Positions 17,976 to 25,681 of a stretch of DNA of 39,045 bases are shown here, piece by piece (the stretch's first letter is position 1; each line of letters starts with the position of its first letter). This DNA comes from a virus (taxonomy: Duplodnaviria > Caudoviricetes). The position numbers were made by a program, and so were the translations under genes. Below the pieces are notes generated by a model. That model had not been told where the DNA came from and made no database searches. It saw only the letters and a list, made by a program, of their open reading frames with translations. Location of the stretch: IMG/VR virus record IMGVR_UViG_3300048631_000675, positions 1 to 39,045 of that record. One strand, written 5' to 3'.

Positions 17976-19946
17976 CTAGTATGCGGGCGGGTAGCCCTGT
18001 GGTGCCTGTGCGGCAAACGCGCCTTGCAGCGCACGGGCGACCTGTTCCTGCACGATGGCAGAGATCGCCGCGTCAAGCTGGCCATTTTTCAGGGCCAATT
18101 CCAAAGACGCATCGGCCACTTCCAGCCGGGTCTTTTCAACGTCCGCCGTGGCTTCCTCAGCCTCGGCCATGTTCTTCGCAAGTTCCGCCTGCTGCATCAT
18201 CTGCTGGAACTGCTGCGCCTGCATCTGCTGCTGCATGGCCTGCGCCTGCTGCTGCTGCTCCTCGGGCGACAGATCCTCGGGATCGCGGAAGCCCGGCGGG
18301 AGGGCCTTTTTCAGCCGCTCGGCAAACTGGTCAGCGCCCGGCCAATCCATGTTCGTGGCGATCAAGTCACCGACGATGGGCGCGGCATTCGGGAACGCAC
18401 GAACAAAGTCGATCATACTTTCCGCCGTCTCCTGCCGCTTGGTGGCGTAGTTCGGGCCGACATCGACGCGGATGTTATACCTGCCGCGCGTCAGGTCGTT
18501 GATGACCTGCGGGCCGTCCTGCGTCATTTGCATCGCGTTGACCGGCACAACTTGTTGACTGTCGTCCTTGCCAAGGATGCGCACCATCCGCTGCGTGTCG
18601 TAGACCGCCGGGATCATCTCCACGATGATCTTGCCAGCGCACTGAATCGCCTTCGCCATGTTGTCGGAGTAGATCGAGGTCGAAACGTCCGACTCCATCT
18701 GCCGCTGCCGGATCGCAACGCCGCTGTTCTCGTTGCTGCGATTGCCGAGGGCCGCGTCATAGACGCCCGTGGTCCCTTTCATGTCCTCGGCGGCGGTCAT
18801 GACCTCCTGCATCATCCCCTGGCTCGGGATGGGCGGGGGAACGCGCGAGGGCGTCGGGGCCTTCTCGTCGGGATTATAGGGCAGATACGGGCGGTTGCTG
18901 TCGTTGGCCTCGTTCCAGAACGTCTCGAACCCGGCCACCTGCTTGGGCGTGACCAGATAGGGCGCCTTGGGCTGGAGGGCGACAAGTTCGGTCTGTGCCG
19001 AGCGCCAGTAGTTGTAGAGCCGCTGCGGGTCTTTGGCGAAGCGAATGACCGACGTGCGCACCACCTCGGGGCCGATGTGCAGTTCCTCGCCCACAACCGA
19101 GATCACGGGGATCTTGCTGCACGGGATTTCCTGCGGGCCTTCAAGGATGTCCTTGCCGCTGATCTTCGCCCACATGACGCGGTGGGTGATGACCTTGCGC
19201 TTGCGGACCACCATCATCGGGGCGACGGGGTTCTCGACCACCGAGCCATCAGCCAGCAGGCCGAGGGTCGTCTCCTTCGGCTCGCGCCAGAAGTATTCGG
19301 CGACCATCACGTCGTCGCCTTCGCACCAATGCTCAAGCCCGCCGGTCAGGTCGTCGGTGTCGACGGATACCATCAGCTTGCCGGGATACTGCTCGCGGAA
19401 GTCCTCGGCGGACATGCTTTCGAGGATGAACCGCCATTCGGCATCCTCGCGGGTGGGCAGCTTGGCCGTGGGATCGGTGTAGACCGAGAACGGGTTGTGG
19501 ATGCGCTCGATCAGGATTTCCTGGTTGAACGAGCGGTCGTCCTCGTAATCCGTGCGGATGCGGAAATGCCCCATGCCGCACTGCGCAGCCTGTTCTGCCG
19601 CGCCCTCGTAGACGCTGGAAGCGTCCGAGCGGTATTGGATATGACGCACCAGCCCTTCGAGGACTTCGGCCACCTCGTCGGAGGCGTCGTCGTCACCCGG
19701 CAGGATGTTGATGCTCGGGTTCATGTTGCGAATGTCGCCCGTCACCTGTCGCGCGAACTGCGGCAGACGGTTGATGGTCAGGCAGGGGCGGCCCTCGGCC
19801 TCACGGGCTGACTTGGTTTCCTCCGGCCACTGACGGCCCGCGAGGTTCTGCATGTCGTCATGCGCTTCCTCGCGGTTGTCCCGGTCAGCATCGACGGCAA
19901 GGGCCATCCGCTTGACGGCTTGGCGCAGGAGATCGTCTTTATTCAT
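17976..19946 (-). CDS. Portal protein (P22-like)
   Basis: GRQWP...RPCLTINRL, DPQRLYNYWRS, SGVAIRQRQ, GRYNIRVDVGPNYATKRQE; Q-rich barrel region. Confidence 0.93.
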   Translation of the reverse strand: MNKDDLLRQAVKRMALAVDADRDNREEAHDDMQNLAGRQWPEETKSAREAEGRPCLTINRLPQFARQVTGDIRNMNPSINILPGDDDASDEVAEVLEGLVRHIQYRSDASSVYEGAAEQAAQCGMGHFRIRTDYEDDRSFNQEILIERIHNPFSVYTDPTAKLPTREDAEWRFILESMSAEDFREQYPGKLMVSVDTDDLTGGLEHWCEGDDVMVAEYFWREPKETTLGLLADGSVVENPVAPMMVVRKRKVITHRVMWAKISGKDILEGPQEIPCSKIPVISVVGEELHIGPEVVRTSVIRFAKDPQRLYNYWRSAQTELVALQPKAPYLVTPKQVAGFETFWNEANDSNRPYLPYNPDEKAPTPSRVPPPIPSQGMMQEVMTAAEDMKGTTGVYDAALGNRSNENSGVAIRQRQMESDVSTSIYSDNMAKAIQCAGKIIVEMIPAVYDTQRMVRILGKDDSQQVVPVNAMQMTQDGPQVINDLTRGRYNIRVDVGPNYATKRQETAESMIDFVRAFPNAAPIVGDLIATNMDWPGADQFAERLKKALPPGFRDPEDLSPEEQQQQAQAMQQQMQAQQFQQMMQQAELAKNMAEAEEATADVEKTRLEVADASLELALKNGQLDAAISAIVQEQVARALQGAFAAQAPQGYPPAY

Positions 19947-21271
19947 CCGCGCATCCACCCTTTACCCTTGCGCGAGCCGTAGAACTTGCTCGCGTCAGGC
20001 ACTGTCTCGGTCATGTCGGGGAACAGGTCAGTGAAGGCCCACACCAGCGCGTCCACGCGGTCCGGTGAGCCGTCGCCCTGGTATCCCTCGTTCGTCATCT
20101 GCGTCATCTGGTTCTCTAGCTCCGGGTATTGCCCGACGTGCCGGATGCGCCCTTGTTCGTAGAGTGCCGCGATAGGCTCGGCCCTGACGTGCTTGCCTCG
20201 GGTTGCCCGGACTTCCACGATGTTCAGGTCGGGAGCCACGCCGCGCAGCGTGTGGGCGATCATGTCGCCGCCGTTATTCACTTCCACCACCACGGCATCG
20301 GCACCGTGCTTGCGGTAGAGCATCGAGACAGCCCGCGCCCAATCCAGCGGAGTGCCAGCGCAAGACGCGTCCTCGATGACGTAGCCCGTCTGATCCTGCA
20401 CCCCGGCCACGATTATGCCGTGTTCGTCGCTTTCCTCGGTCGAGGTCACGGCAGGATCGAGTGCCACGACGATGCGACCCAACTCGGGGGCCGTGTTCTC
20501 GCGGTAGGCGTCGAGCGTGGATTGCGACCACAGCGCGCCCGGAAGATCGCCAAGGATCTCGGCGTTGAGTTCCTGACGGCCTAGCCGCGTTCCCGCATAC
20601 CGCTTCTCGATCTTCTCAAGGAAGCTGGCCGCGAGGTTGGAGCGGTTGTCGCTGGTCTTGCCCTTGGTGACATGCACCCGGCCTTCCTGACCAGCCACAA
20701 TCGCCTTGATGATTTCGGTCGGCCTCGGCGTTGTCGTCACCAGCACCCGAGGATGGGAGCCGCGCCGCATACCGAATTGCAGCATATCCCACGTCTCGCG
20801 GGCATAGCGGTATTTAGCCAACTCATCGACCCAGGCCGTATCGAACTCAGGGCCGCGAAGCTGGTTAGGCTCGGTGCCGTTGTAGCCGTAGGCCGTCGCC
20901 CCGTTGGGCCACGTCACCCGCACCGGCTTATAGCGCACCGTCGCATCGGGGCAGATGGACAGCAGACGCCGCACCATCACTTCCTCAAGGTCTTTCTGCG
21001 TCTCGGCCACAAGCGCGATCATCTGCGCCCCGGCCTCAACCTGCTCCTTGATCCACTGCGCGCCGGTTTCCGTCTTGCCCCAGCCCCGGCCAGCAAGCGC
21101 AATCCAGATATCCCAGTCCCCCTCGGGGGCGATCTGGTCCGGCCTTGCGAGGAACCCGCGCCAATCATCCAGAAGCGCCGCTTGTTGCGCGTCCGTCAGT
21201 GTCGCCAGAAAGGCGTTGCGCTCGCTCTCCGGCAGGAGGGCAAGTTGCTCGGCCATTGATGCGCTGGTCAT
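19943..21271 (-). CDS. terL: Terminase large subunit
   Basis: Walker A AGRGWGKT, Walker B AWVDE, VTTTP coupling motif, RNase H-like VVALDPA...DRVDALVWA. Confidence 0.95.
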   Translation of the reverse strand: MTSASMAEQLALLPESERNAFLATLTDAQQAALLDDWRGFLARPDQIAPEGDWDIWIALAGRGWGKTETGAQWIKEQVEAGAQMIALVAETQKDLEEVMVRRLLSICPDATVRYKPVRVTWPNGATAYGYNGTEPNQLRGPEFDTAWVDELAKYRYARETWDMLQFGMRRGSHPRVLVTTTPRPTEIIKAIVAGQEGRVHVTKGKTSDNRSNLAASFLEKIEKRYAGTRLGRQELNAEILGDLPGALWSQSTLDAYRENTAPELGRIVVALDPAVTSTEESDEHGIIVAGVQDQTGYVIEDASCAGTPLDWARAVSMLYRKHGADAVVVEVNNGGDMIAHTLRGVAPDLNIVEVRATRGKHVRAEPIAALYEQGRIRHVGQYPELENQMTQMTNEGYQGDGSPDRVDALVWAFTDLFPDMTETVPDASKFYGSRKGKGWMRG

Positions 21272-21681
21272 TCCTCGGGCTTGCTGCGCTCTGCAATCGT
21301 CGCCAGGAATGCCGCCAGCTTGGCTGCGCCCTGCCCGACTTCCTCGGTCTGGACAGCGCCGCCATCCTTGCCGGTCAACTCGGTGTGCTGCTTGTCGCGC
21401 CACTCGTCAGGGGCCGCGTTCTTCAACGCGAAGATCCGGCTTGTGACCTTCGGCCCTGTCTCGGCGTCCATCAGGTCACGCTCCAGCTTGGAGGTGCGCA
21501 GAGCCTCGCCCAGCTTTACCGCTTGCAAAAATTCCGGGTGTTCATCCATCCACGCGCGCAGCGTGTTGTAGCAGATGCCGATCTCACCAGCGGCAGCCAT
21601 CTTGCTATAGCCCGCGTTCATATGCTCGATGACTACCTCGCAGAACGCGGGGTCATACTTGCTTGGTCGGCCTGCGGGCAT
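21268..21681 (-). CDS. terS: Terminase small subunit
   Basis: GRPSKYDP, HTH-like segment, WMDEHPEF, IFALKN...WRDKQHTELTGKDGGAV; ATGA overlap with terL. Confidence 0.9.
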   Translation of the reverse strand: MPAGRPSKYDPAFCEVVIEHMNAGYSKMAAAGEIGICYNTLRAWMDEHPEFLQAVKLGEALRTSKLERDLMDAETGPKVTSRIFALKNAAPDEWRDKQHTELTGKDGGAVQTEEVGQGAAKLAAFLATIAERSKPEE

Positions 21682-21738
21682 GTGCAATTCGCGCCGCTCG
21701 ATGGGGCGCGTCCCTGCTGTGTGTGATGTCCTGAAATG

Positions 21739-21763
21739 CGAAAGCCCCAGCCGAAGCCGGGGC
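21739..21763 (-). terminator. Intrinsic terminator between the tRNA cluster and terS
   Basis: Minus strand GCCCCGGC-TTCG-GCTGGGGC followed by TTTCGCATTT. Confidence 0.65.
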
Positions 21764-21771
21764 CTGTTAGC

Positions 21772-21846
21772 TGGCGAGGGTGGGAGGAATCGAACCCCCG
21801 ACGCGCAGTTTTGGAGACTGCCGCTCTACCACTGAGCTACACCGAC
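21772..21846 (-). tRNA. tRNA-Trp (CCA) with two acceptor-stem mismatches
   Basis: GTCGGTG TA GCTC AGTGGTA GAGC G GCAGT CTCCAAA ACTGC GCGTC GGGGG TTCGATT CCTCC CACCCTC G CCA. Confidence 0.88.
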
Positions 21847-21917
21847 GCATTGCCGTGAGAGAAGACCGGCCCGTAACAAGGCGACGAGGCCAAGTCAGTG
21901 GAGCCGGTCATAAGGTA

Positions 21918-22006
21918 TGGTCGAGCGGGCCGGGCGTTACCCCGGCGACTTTGAAGCGGGTAGGTTCCCCATCCGCCTGCGCTTCCACTTTCAGCGCCGC
22001 CGCTCG
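21918..22006 (-). ncRNA. tRNA-like RNA (89 nt, CCA end, no canonical anticodon loop or T-loop)
   Basis: Perfect 7-bp acceptor stem CGAGCGG/CCGCTCG plus A-CCA; D-arm GCGCT-GAAAGTGGA-AGCGC; extended central stem; T-like arm GCCGG-GGTAACGC-CCGGC. Confidence 0.7.
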
Positions 22007-22072
22007 GGAAAGCCATCAGCTTGCCGGAATGGCGATGCGCGGGGGGTGCGATACAACTCACCCGCGCGATCT

Positions 22073-22107
22073 ATTATACCCATATCCTCGCCCGCCCCCT
22101 ACGTCAA
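22073..22107 (-). promoter_or_regulatory. Candidate late promoter
   Basis: Minus strand TTGACG-N17-TATGGG immediately followed by TATAAT, upstream of the RNA cluster and terS. Confidence 0.55.
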
Positions 22108-22158
22108 CCCCATATCGCGGGGTGTGGCGCTATATGCGGTGGGGTTGTCGGGATGTTC

Positions 22159-22434
22159 TTACCGTCCCTTGGGCCGCTTATCCTGCACCATCTCGATGGC
22201 AGACTGCACACGCTCCAGCGCCGAACTCAGCCTGTCGGCCAGTGCCTCAAGTGACGGCACATCATCTTGATCCATTCCCCAGCCGAGAGTTTGCGCGACC
22301 AAATCGTCTATCCAAACGCCGCAGAACTCCACGTCGCCCAGGGTGACGTCTATGCGGCCATTCACGCTCATCAGCATGTCAACGGCTAGATGCCTTGGCT
22401 TCTCGAACTCATCGCCCATCACTCGCCCTTCCAT
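22159..22434 (-). CDS. Phage hypothetical protein
   Basis: Abuts the upstream gene; alternative start at 22419. Confidence 0.55.
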   Translation of the reverse strand: MEGRVMGDEFEKPRHLAVDMLMSVNGRIDVTLGDVEFCGVWIDDLVAQTLGWGMDQDDVPSLEALADRLSSALERVQSAIEMVQDKRPKGR

Positions 22435-22680
22435 TCATCCGCCACGCTTAGCTGCCTCGATCCGTCTGCCCAAGTCGTCCAGCTTGGCGCGAAGCTGCGG
22501 CATGGGTAGCGCGTCCTGCTGTTCTTGCCGCTTGGCCGTGAGCCAATTCCTTGCCCCGCCCATCATCACAAGCGAGACAAACCTATCGCGCTCCGGGTTC
22601 TGGATTGTCCCGATCGAGTTGATCCGCGTTCGCCATTCTCGGTCATGCCGGTATTGCGCATCGGGAGATAGCCCGTTCAT
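22435..22680 (-). CDS. Phage hypothetical protein
   Basis: GGAGGGAG RBS before MNGLSPDAQY. Confidence 0.6.
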   Translation of the reverse strand: MNGLSPDAQYRHDREWRTRINSIGTIQNPERDRFVSLVMMGGARNWLTAKRQEQQDALPMPQLRAKLDDLGRRIEAAKRGG

Positions 22681-22750
22681 TCCGTCTCCCTCCATTCATC
22701 CGGCTTGCGCCCTGCCAGTGGGTTGAGGTGTAGCATAGGGGCCTCCGGGG

Positions 22751-22939
22751 TTAGGTGGATCGGCTGGCAGAGACGTCCGCTGCCGCCTGGAGCATGGCGC
22801 GAACGACCTCTCGGAACCGCGCGGCTTGGTTCGGGTCGGCGCGCTCGATTTCCTCCAGGCTGTGCCCATCCTTTATCGCCTCGGCCTGCATGGCGGAGAG
22901 GCTCGCGTCGATCATTCTTTCCGAGATGTGCATTCTCAT
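22751..22939 (-). CDS. Small phage hypothetical protein
   Basis: GGAGG RBS 5 nt before the ATG at 22939 (MRMHISERMIDA). Confidence 0.6.
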   Translation of the reverse strand: MRMHISERMIDASLSAMQAEAIKDGHSLEEIERADPNQAARFREVVRAMLQAAADVSASRST

Positions 22940-22984
22940 ACAGGCCTCCAGTGGGTAATCGCCTTGACATTGACTTACCATAGT

Positions 22985-23035
22985 AAGATAGGCCAATAAG
23001 CGGCGTATTGCAACCGCTAGTTATTGGTGTATATT
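22985..23035. promoter_or_regulatory. Divergent promoter pair sharing a palindromic -35, with an inverted repeat
   Basis: TTGCAA at 23008-23013; plus strand N16-TATATT (23030-35); minus strand N17-TATCTT (22990-85); CCAATAA (22993-99) and TTATTGG (23021-27) are inverted. Confidence 0.6.
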
Positions 23036-23041
23036 GGCGTC

Positions 23042-23200
23042 ATGACATGGCGCGATAAACTCACGAAAAAAGAGCAGTCCGAGCTTGAGCGGGCCGAGCG
23101 CAAGCGCGACACCGCGCGGGCGGATTACAATGCCGTCAGGGCCAAGCTGAAGAACCGCGCCGACGCCCGGATCAGGAAGGAGCGGCGCGATGACGACTAG
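23042..23200 (+). CDS. 52-aa basic helical protein, probably leaderless
   Basis: MTWRDKLTKKEQSELERAERKRDTARADYNAVRAKLKNRADARIRKERRDDD; ATG 6 nt after the -10; overlaps the next gene. Confidence 0.6.
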   Translation: MTWRDKLTKKEQSELERAERKRDTARADYNAVRAKLKNRADARIRKERRDDD

Positions 23201-23801
23201 CCTTTACCGGCACTTCGATAAGGACGGACGCCTACTGTATGTCGGCATCTCCAAAAACGCTGTCGCCCGGCTGGGCGGGCATCGGGGCAAGTCCTGGTAT
23301 CACGAGATTGAAGCCGTAAAGATCGAGAGGCACAAAAGCCGGGAACATGCGCTCTATGCGGAGGCGCTGGCAATCCAGAACGAACAACCCCTCTACAATC
23401 TCGCGAAGCCCGTGCCACGCGACCCTGACGCCCCGCCGCCGCCTCCGCCCGAACCGCGCGTAGAGGCCCCGGACCCGTCAAAGATTGTCGCGAAAGCCAA
23501 GGCCCAGTGCGCCGAGCCGTTTCGCTTCATCGGGCCGGAACGCCGGATCGGCTATATCTGCCGAGCGCGATCCTCGCTCAATCGGGGCATCCGCGACCTG
23601 CGCAGGGCTGGTGTCCCTGATGACCTGATGTTCATCGACGTGGTGGACTACGGCGGGGCCGACCAGCCGAACATGATCCGGGCAATCAAAACGGCACAGC
23701 ACGCCGGGACGGCAATTATCTGTGACTGGCCCGAGGAGTTTGGTGAGGCGCTGCCCATCCTCAAGCGGCGCGGCGTATCGGTCCGCGGGTTGTCATCGTG
23801 A
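23190..23801 (+). CDS. GIY-YIG nuclease domain fused to a degenerate resolvase-like domain
   Basis: SLYRHF...LLYVGIS...RLGGH...E...I....P.YN; Pro linker; RIGYICRARS...LRRAGV..DLMFID...RRGVSV. Confidence 0.75.
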   Translation: MTTSLYRHFDKDGRLLYVGISKNAVARLGGHRGKSWYHEIEAVKIERHKSREHALYAEALAIQNEQPLYNLAKPVPRDPDAPPPPPPEPRVEAPDPSKIVAKAKAQCAEPFRFIGPERRIGYICRARSSLNRGIRDLRRAGVPDDLMFIDVVDYGGADQPNMIRAIKTAQHAGTAIICDWPEEFGEALPILKRRGVSVRGLSS

Positions 23802-23923
23802 ACGGCGATCTGGAACGGATCGAGCCGGGCGCGGATCTGTCAGGCATGGTCGCCCGCGTCGCGTCGGCGCAGAATGTTCACCACGTCCGCGAGGCCAAAC
23901 GGCGCGCGCGGAAATCCACATAG
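23798..23923 (+). CDS. 41-aa hypothetical protein
   Basis: GTGA overlap with the GIY-YIG stop; ends at the RBS of the next gene. Confidence 0.4.
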   Translation: MNGDLERIEPGADLSGMVARVASAQNVHHVREAKRRARKST

Positions 23924-23933
23924 GAGCGGGCGC

Positions 23934-24170
23934 ATGTCTGATTTCATGGCGGGGCTGCTGACAGGCACGATTGTGGCGGGGGTCGTGCGTGTCAGCTTCG
24001 GTCGCCTCATCATCTACGAGGCCGGGCGCGGCTGGGTCTGGCAGTGGTCGCGGTTCGATGAGCGCCAGCAGGAGATCGAGGATCGTGTGAACGCGGCGCT
24101 TGAAATTGGGGCCGCATCGGAAAGATCGTTGCAAGCTCGGCTCCGGGCCGAGCGCGGCGAGATCCAGTAA
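23934..24170 (+). CDS. Small membrane-anchored hypothetical protein
   Basis: AGGAG RBS; hydrophobic N-terminus then coiled coil. Confidence 0.6.
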   Translation: MSDFMAGLLTGTIVAGVVRVSFGRLIIYEAGRGWVWQWSRFDERQQEIEDRVNAALEIGAASERSLQARLRAERGEIQ

Positions 24171-24182
24171 AGGAGCAAGGGC

Positions 24183-24356
24183 ATGGCGAAGGAAAGCAAC
24201 GAGTATGACGACTGCCGGGCCGAGCAATGGGAGCGCGGCTGGCGCGTCGTCCGTCGTGATGGCTCGGTGATCGAGCCGCTATTCGACACCAAGGCAGCTG
24301 CCGAGCGCGCCCGGCGCGACTGGCAGGCATTAGCTGATGACCGCAAGTCCAAGTGA
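24183..24356 (+). CDS. 57-aa hypothetical protein
   Basis: AAGGAG RBS; MAKESNEYDDCRAEQWERGWRVVRRDGSVIEPLFDTKAAAERARRDW. Confidence 0.6.
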   Translation: MAKESNEYDDCRAEQWERGWRVVRRDGSVIEPLFDTKAAAERARRDWQALADDRKSK

Positions 24357-24372
24357 GGAGCGAGGCAAGGCG

Positions 24373-24666
24373 ATGGTCGACGATATAGACAGAGAGGCTA
24401 CACGCGAGGAACTTTACGCGATGATCGACTCCCTGCGGCGCGACGTGAAGCTGTTTCGAGGCGTGTTCAAGAACGCCCCAGACATGCCGGAGCCGCTCGC
24501 GCTGCAGCGGATCGGTCGATTTGCGAAGTGGCCCGAGGACAACGAGCGCGGAAAGCGCGTCCAGAATGAAATTGGCCTTGAGCGTGTGCCCCCCAAGTCA
24601 GAGTGCGAGAGTGGTGCGGGGTTGTGGGACAGGATCACTGGCGGCGCGTGGCGCCAGTCCATTTAA
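24373..24666 (+). CDS. Hypothetical protein
   Basis: Purine-rich RBS region; packed in the operon. Confidence 0.55.
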   Translation: MVDDIDREATREELYAMIDSLRRDVKLFRGVFKNAPDMPEPLALQRIGRFAKWPEDNERGKRVQNEIGLERVPPKSECESGAGLWDRITGGAWRQSI

Positions 24667-24676
24667 GGAGCAGGCC

Positions 24677-24835
24677 ATGATCCGAGTGTTCCAGTTGATA
24701 ATCCACGGGTGCTGGCATCGCTGGCGGGACGCGGGGACAATCCGCAGGTGTGATGAAGCCGGAGGGCGCATCCGATACTTCATGCAGCCCATGCAGTGTG
24801 AGCGGTGTGGTCGCCGCACCCGCGCCAGAGTCTGA
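24677..24835 (+). CDS. Small zinc-ribbon-type protein (C-x-H-x-W...CxxCG)
   Basis: TAAGGAG RBS; GCWHRW...QCERCGR. Confidence 0.6.
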   Translation: MIRVFQLIIHGCWHRWRDAGTIRRCDEAGGRIRYFMQPMQCERCGRRTRARV

Positions 24836-24854
24836 AAAAGGAGGCCGGAGGGGA

Positions 24855-25520
24855 TCACCTCCCCTCCACCACCCTCGCCAGTTCCCGCATTGCCGCGAGG
24901 AACGTCACGCCCGACACGCTCAGTTTGCCGTCCTTCACCAGCCCGGCCCTGTGCTGGAGCGCCTGAGAGATCGACACCCGCTCATGCGTGGCGAGACGGC
25001 CCATGTATCCCTTCCAGCGCATCCAGCCGTTGACGGCATCCCGGTCCTTCTGATCGTCGTCGCGCAGATCCGGGCGGTCGTCTGGCCGCGTCTCCAGCGC
25101 CTCGGGCGGCATCATCTCGATCTTGGCCGTCTTGGCGTGGCGCGACTTGCCGAGGATGCGCCGGTAATACGTCGCCTCTGCCCCATCCAGCCCGCGCCAT
25201 ACGTCCCACAGGCGCGACCGCTCGTTGTCGTCCTTCGCCCCGATGGTGATCGCTAGACCCGCCTGCCCCTCCATGGATTGCAGCCGGGCCTTGGCAAGTT
25301 CCGTCTCGACCCATCCGGCATGACGGCAGCGGGCCCTGAGCGCAACATGATCGGCGTCCTGCTCCTGTCGGGCGATCTCCCGGCGGGCGCGGGCTTCGCG
25401 GCGTTCGTCCATCGTGTAGATCCGTTTTCCTTGGGAGTTGCGACGTGGGACGGGGGCAAGCGCGAACGGGTCGTCAGATTGCCGGGCCTTGCGGTTGCGC
25501 TTCTTGGCGAGTGCCTTCAT
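24855..25520 (-). CDS. Hypothetical protein, candidate late-gene regulator by position
   Basis: 221 aa, basic; last gene of the leftward early operon before the late leader. Function inferred from position only. Confidence 0.6.
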   Translation of the reverse strand: MKALAKKRNRKARQSDDPFALAPVPRRNSQGKRIYTMDERREARARREIARQEQDADHVALRARCRHAGWVETELAKARLQSMEGQAGLAITIGAKDDNERSRLWDVWRGLDGAEATYYRRILGKSRHAKTAKIEMMPPEALETRPDDRPDLRDDDQKDRDAVNGWMRWKGYMGRLATHERVSISQALQHRAGLVKDGKLSVSGVTFLAAMRELARVVEGR

Positions 25521-25681
25521 CTCGTTCCCTCGTTTTCCGGGCCGCTGAGTGGCCTTGTCGTGTCGGGGTGGTCCGTGGTCGTCTGCCGGGCTAGCTGGCG
25601 CTCACGGGCGCGCTCTGCGGCGTATACGCGGTATTGCGCGGCGTTCATGTTGAAGGTGTCCATCTGCTCGGCGTCGATCAT
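25517..25681 (-). CDS. 54-aa hypothetical protein
   Basis: ATGA coupling at both ends. Confidence 0.5.
   Translation of the reverse strand: MIDAEQMDTFNMNAAQYRVYAAERARERQLARQTTTDHPDTTRPLSGPENEGTR

Noticed and set aside
18190-18260. CTG/CAG-rich repeats suggesting a repeat array
   Set aside because: They encode the Gln-rich barrel of the portal protein. No CRISPR-like repeat-spacer structure was seen in the window.
15607-19811. Long plus-strand ORFs 15607..17268 and 17970..19811
   Set aside because: Antisense to coat and portal genes; expected from GC-rich codon bias.
7432-21681. Gene transfer agent cluster, suggested by the ctrA context
   Set aside because: RcGTA-type clusters have HK97/siphovirus-type genes and no integrase or immunity region. 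This element has a P22-like portal, coat and ejection genes plus int and a repressor.
21772-21846. tRNA-Trp as the prophage integration site
   Set aside because: It lies mid-prophage in the late leader, no duplicated 3' end is seen, and the host junction is in ctrA.
21918-22006. tmRNA piece, selenocysteine tRNA or intron-containing tRNA as the identity of the tRNA-like element
   Set aside because: No G3:U70 alanine identity pair, no TTC T-loop, no UCA anticodon loop, and no tag reading frame or intron-sized insert.
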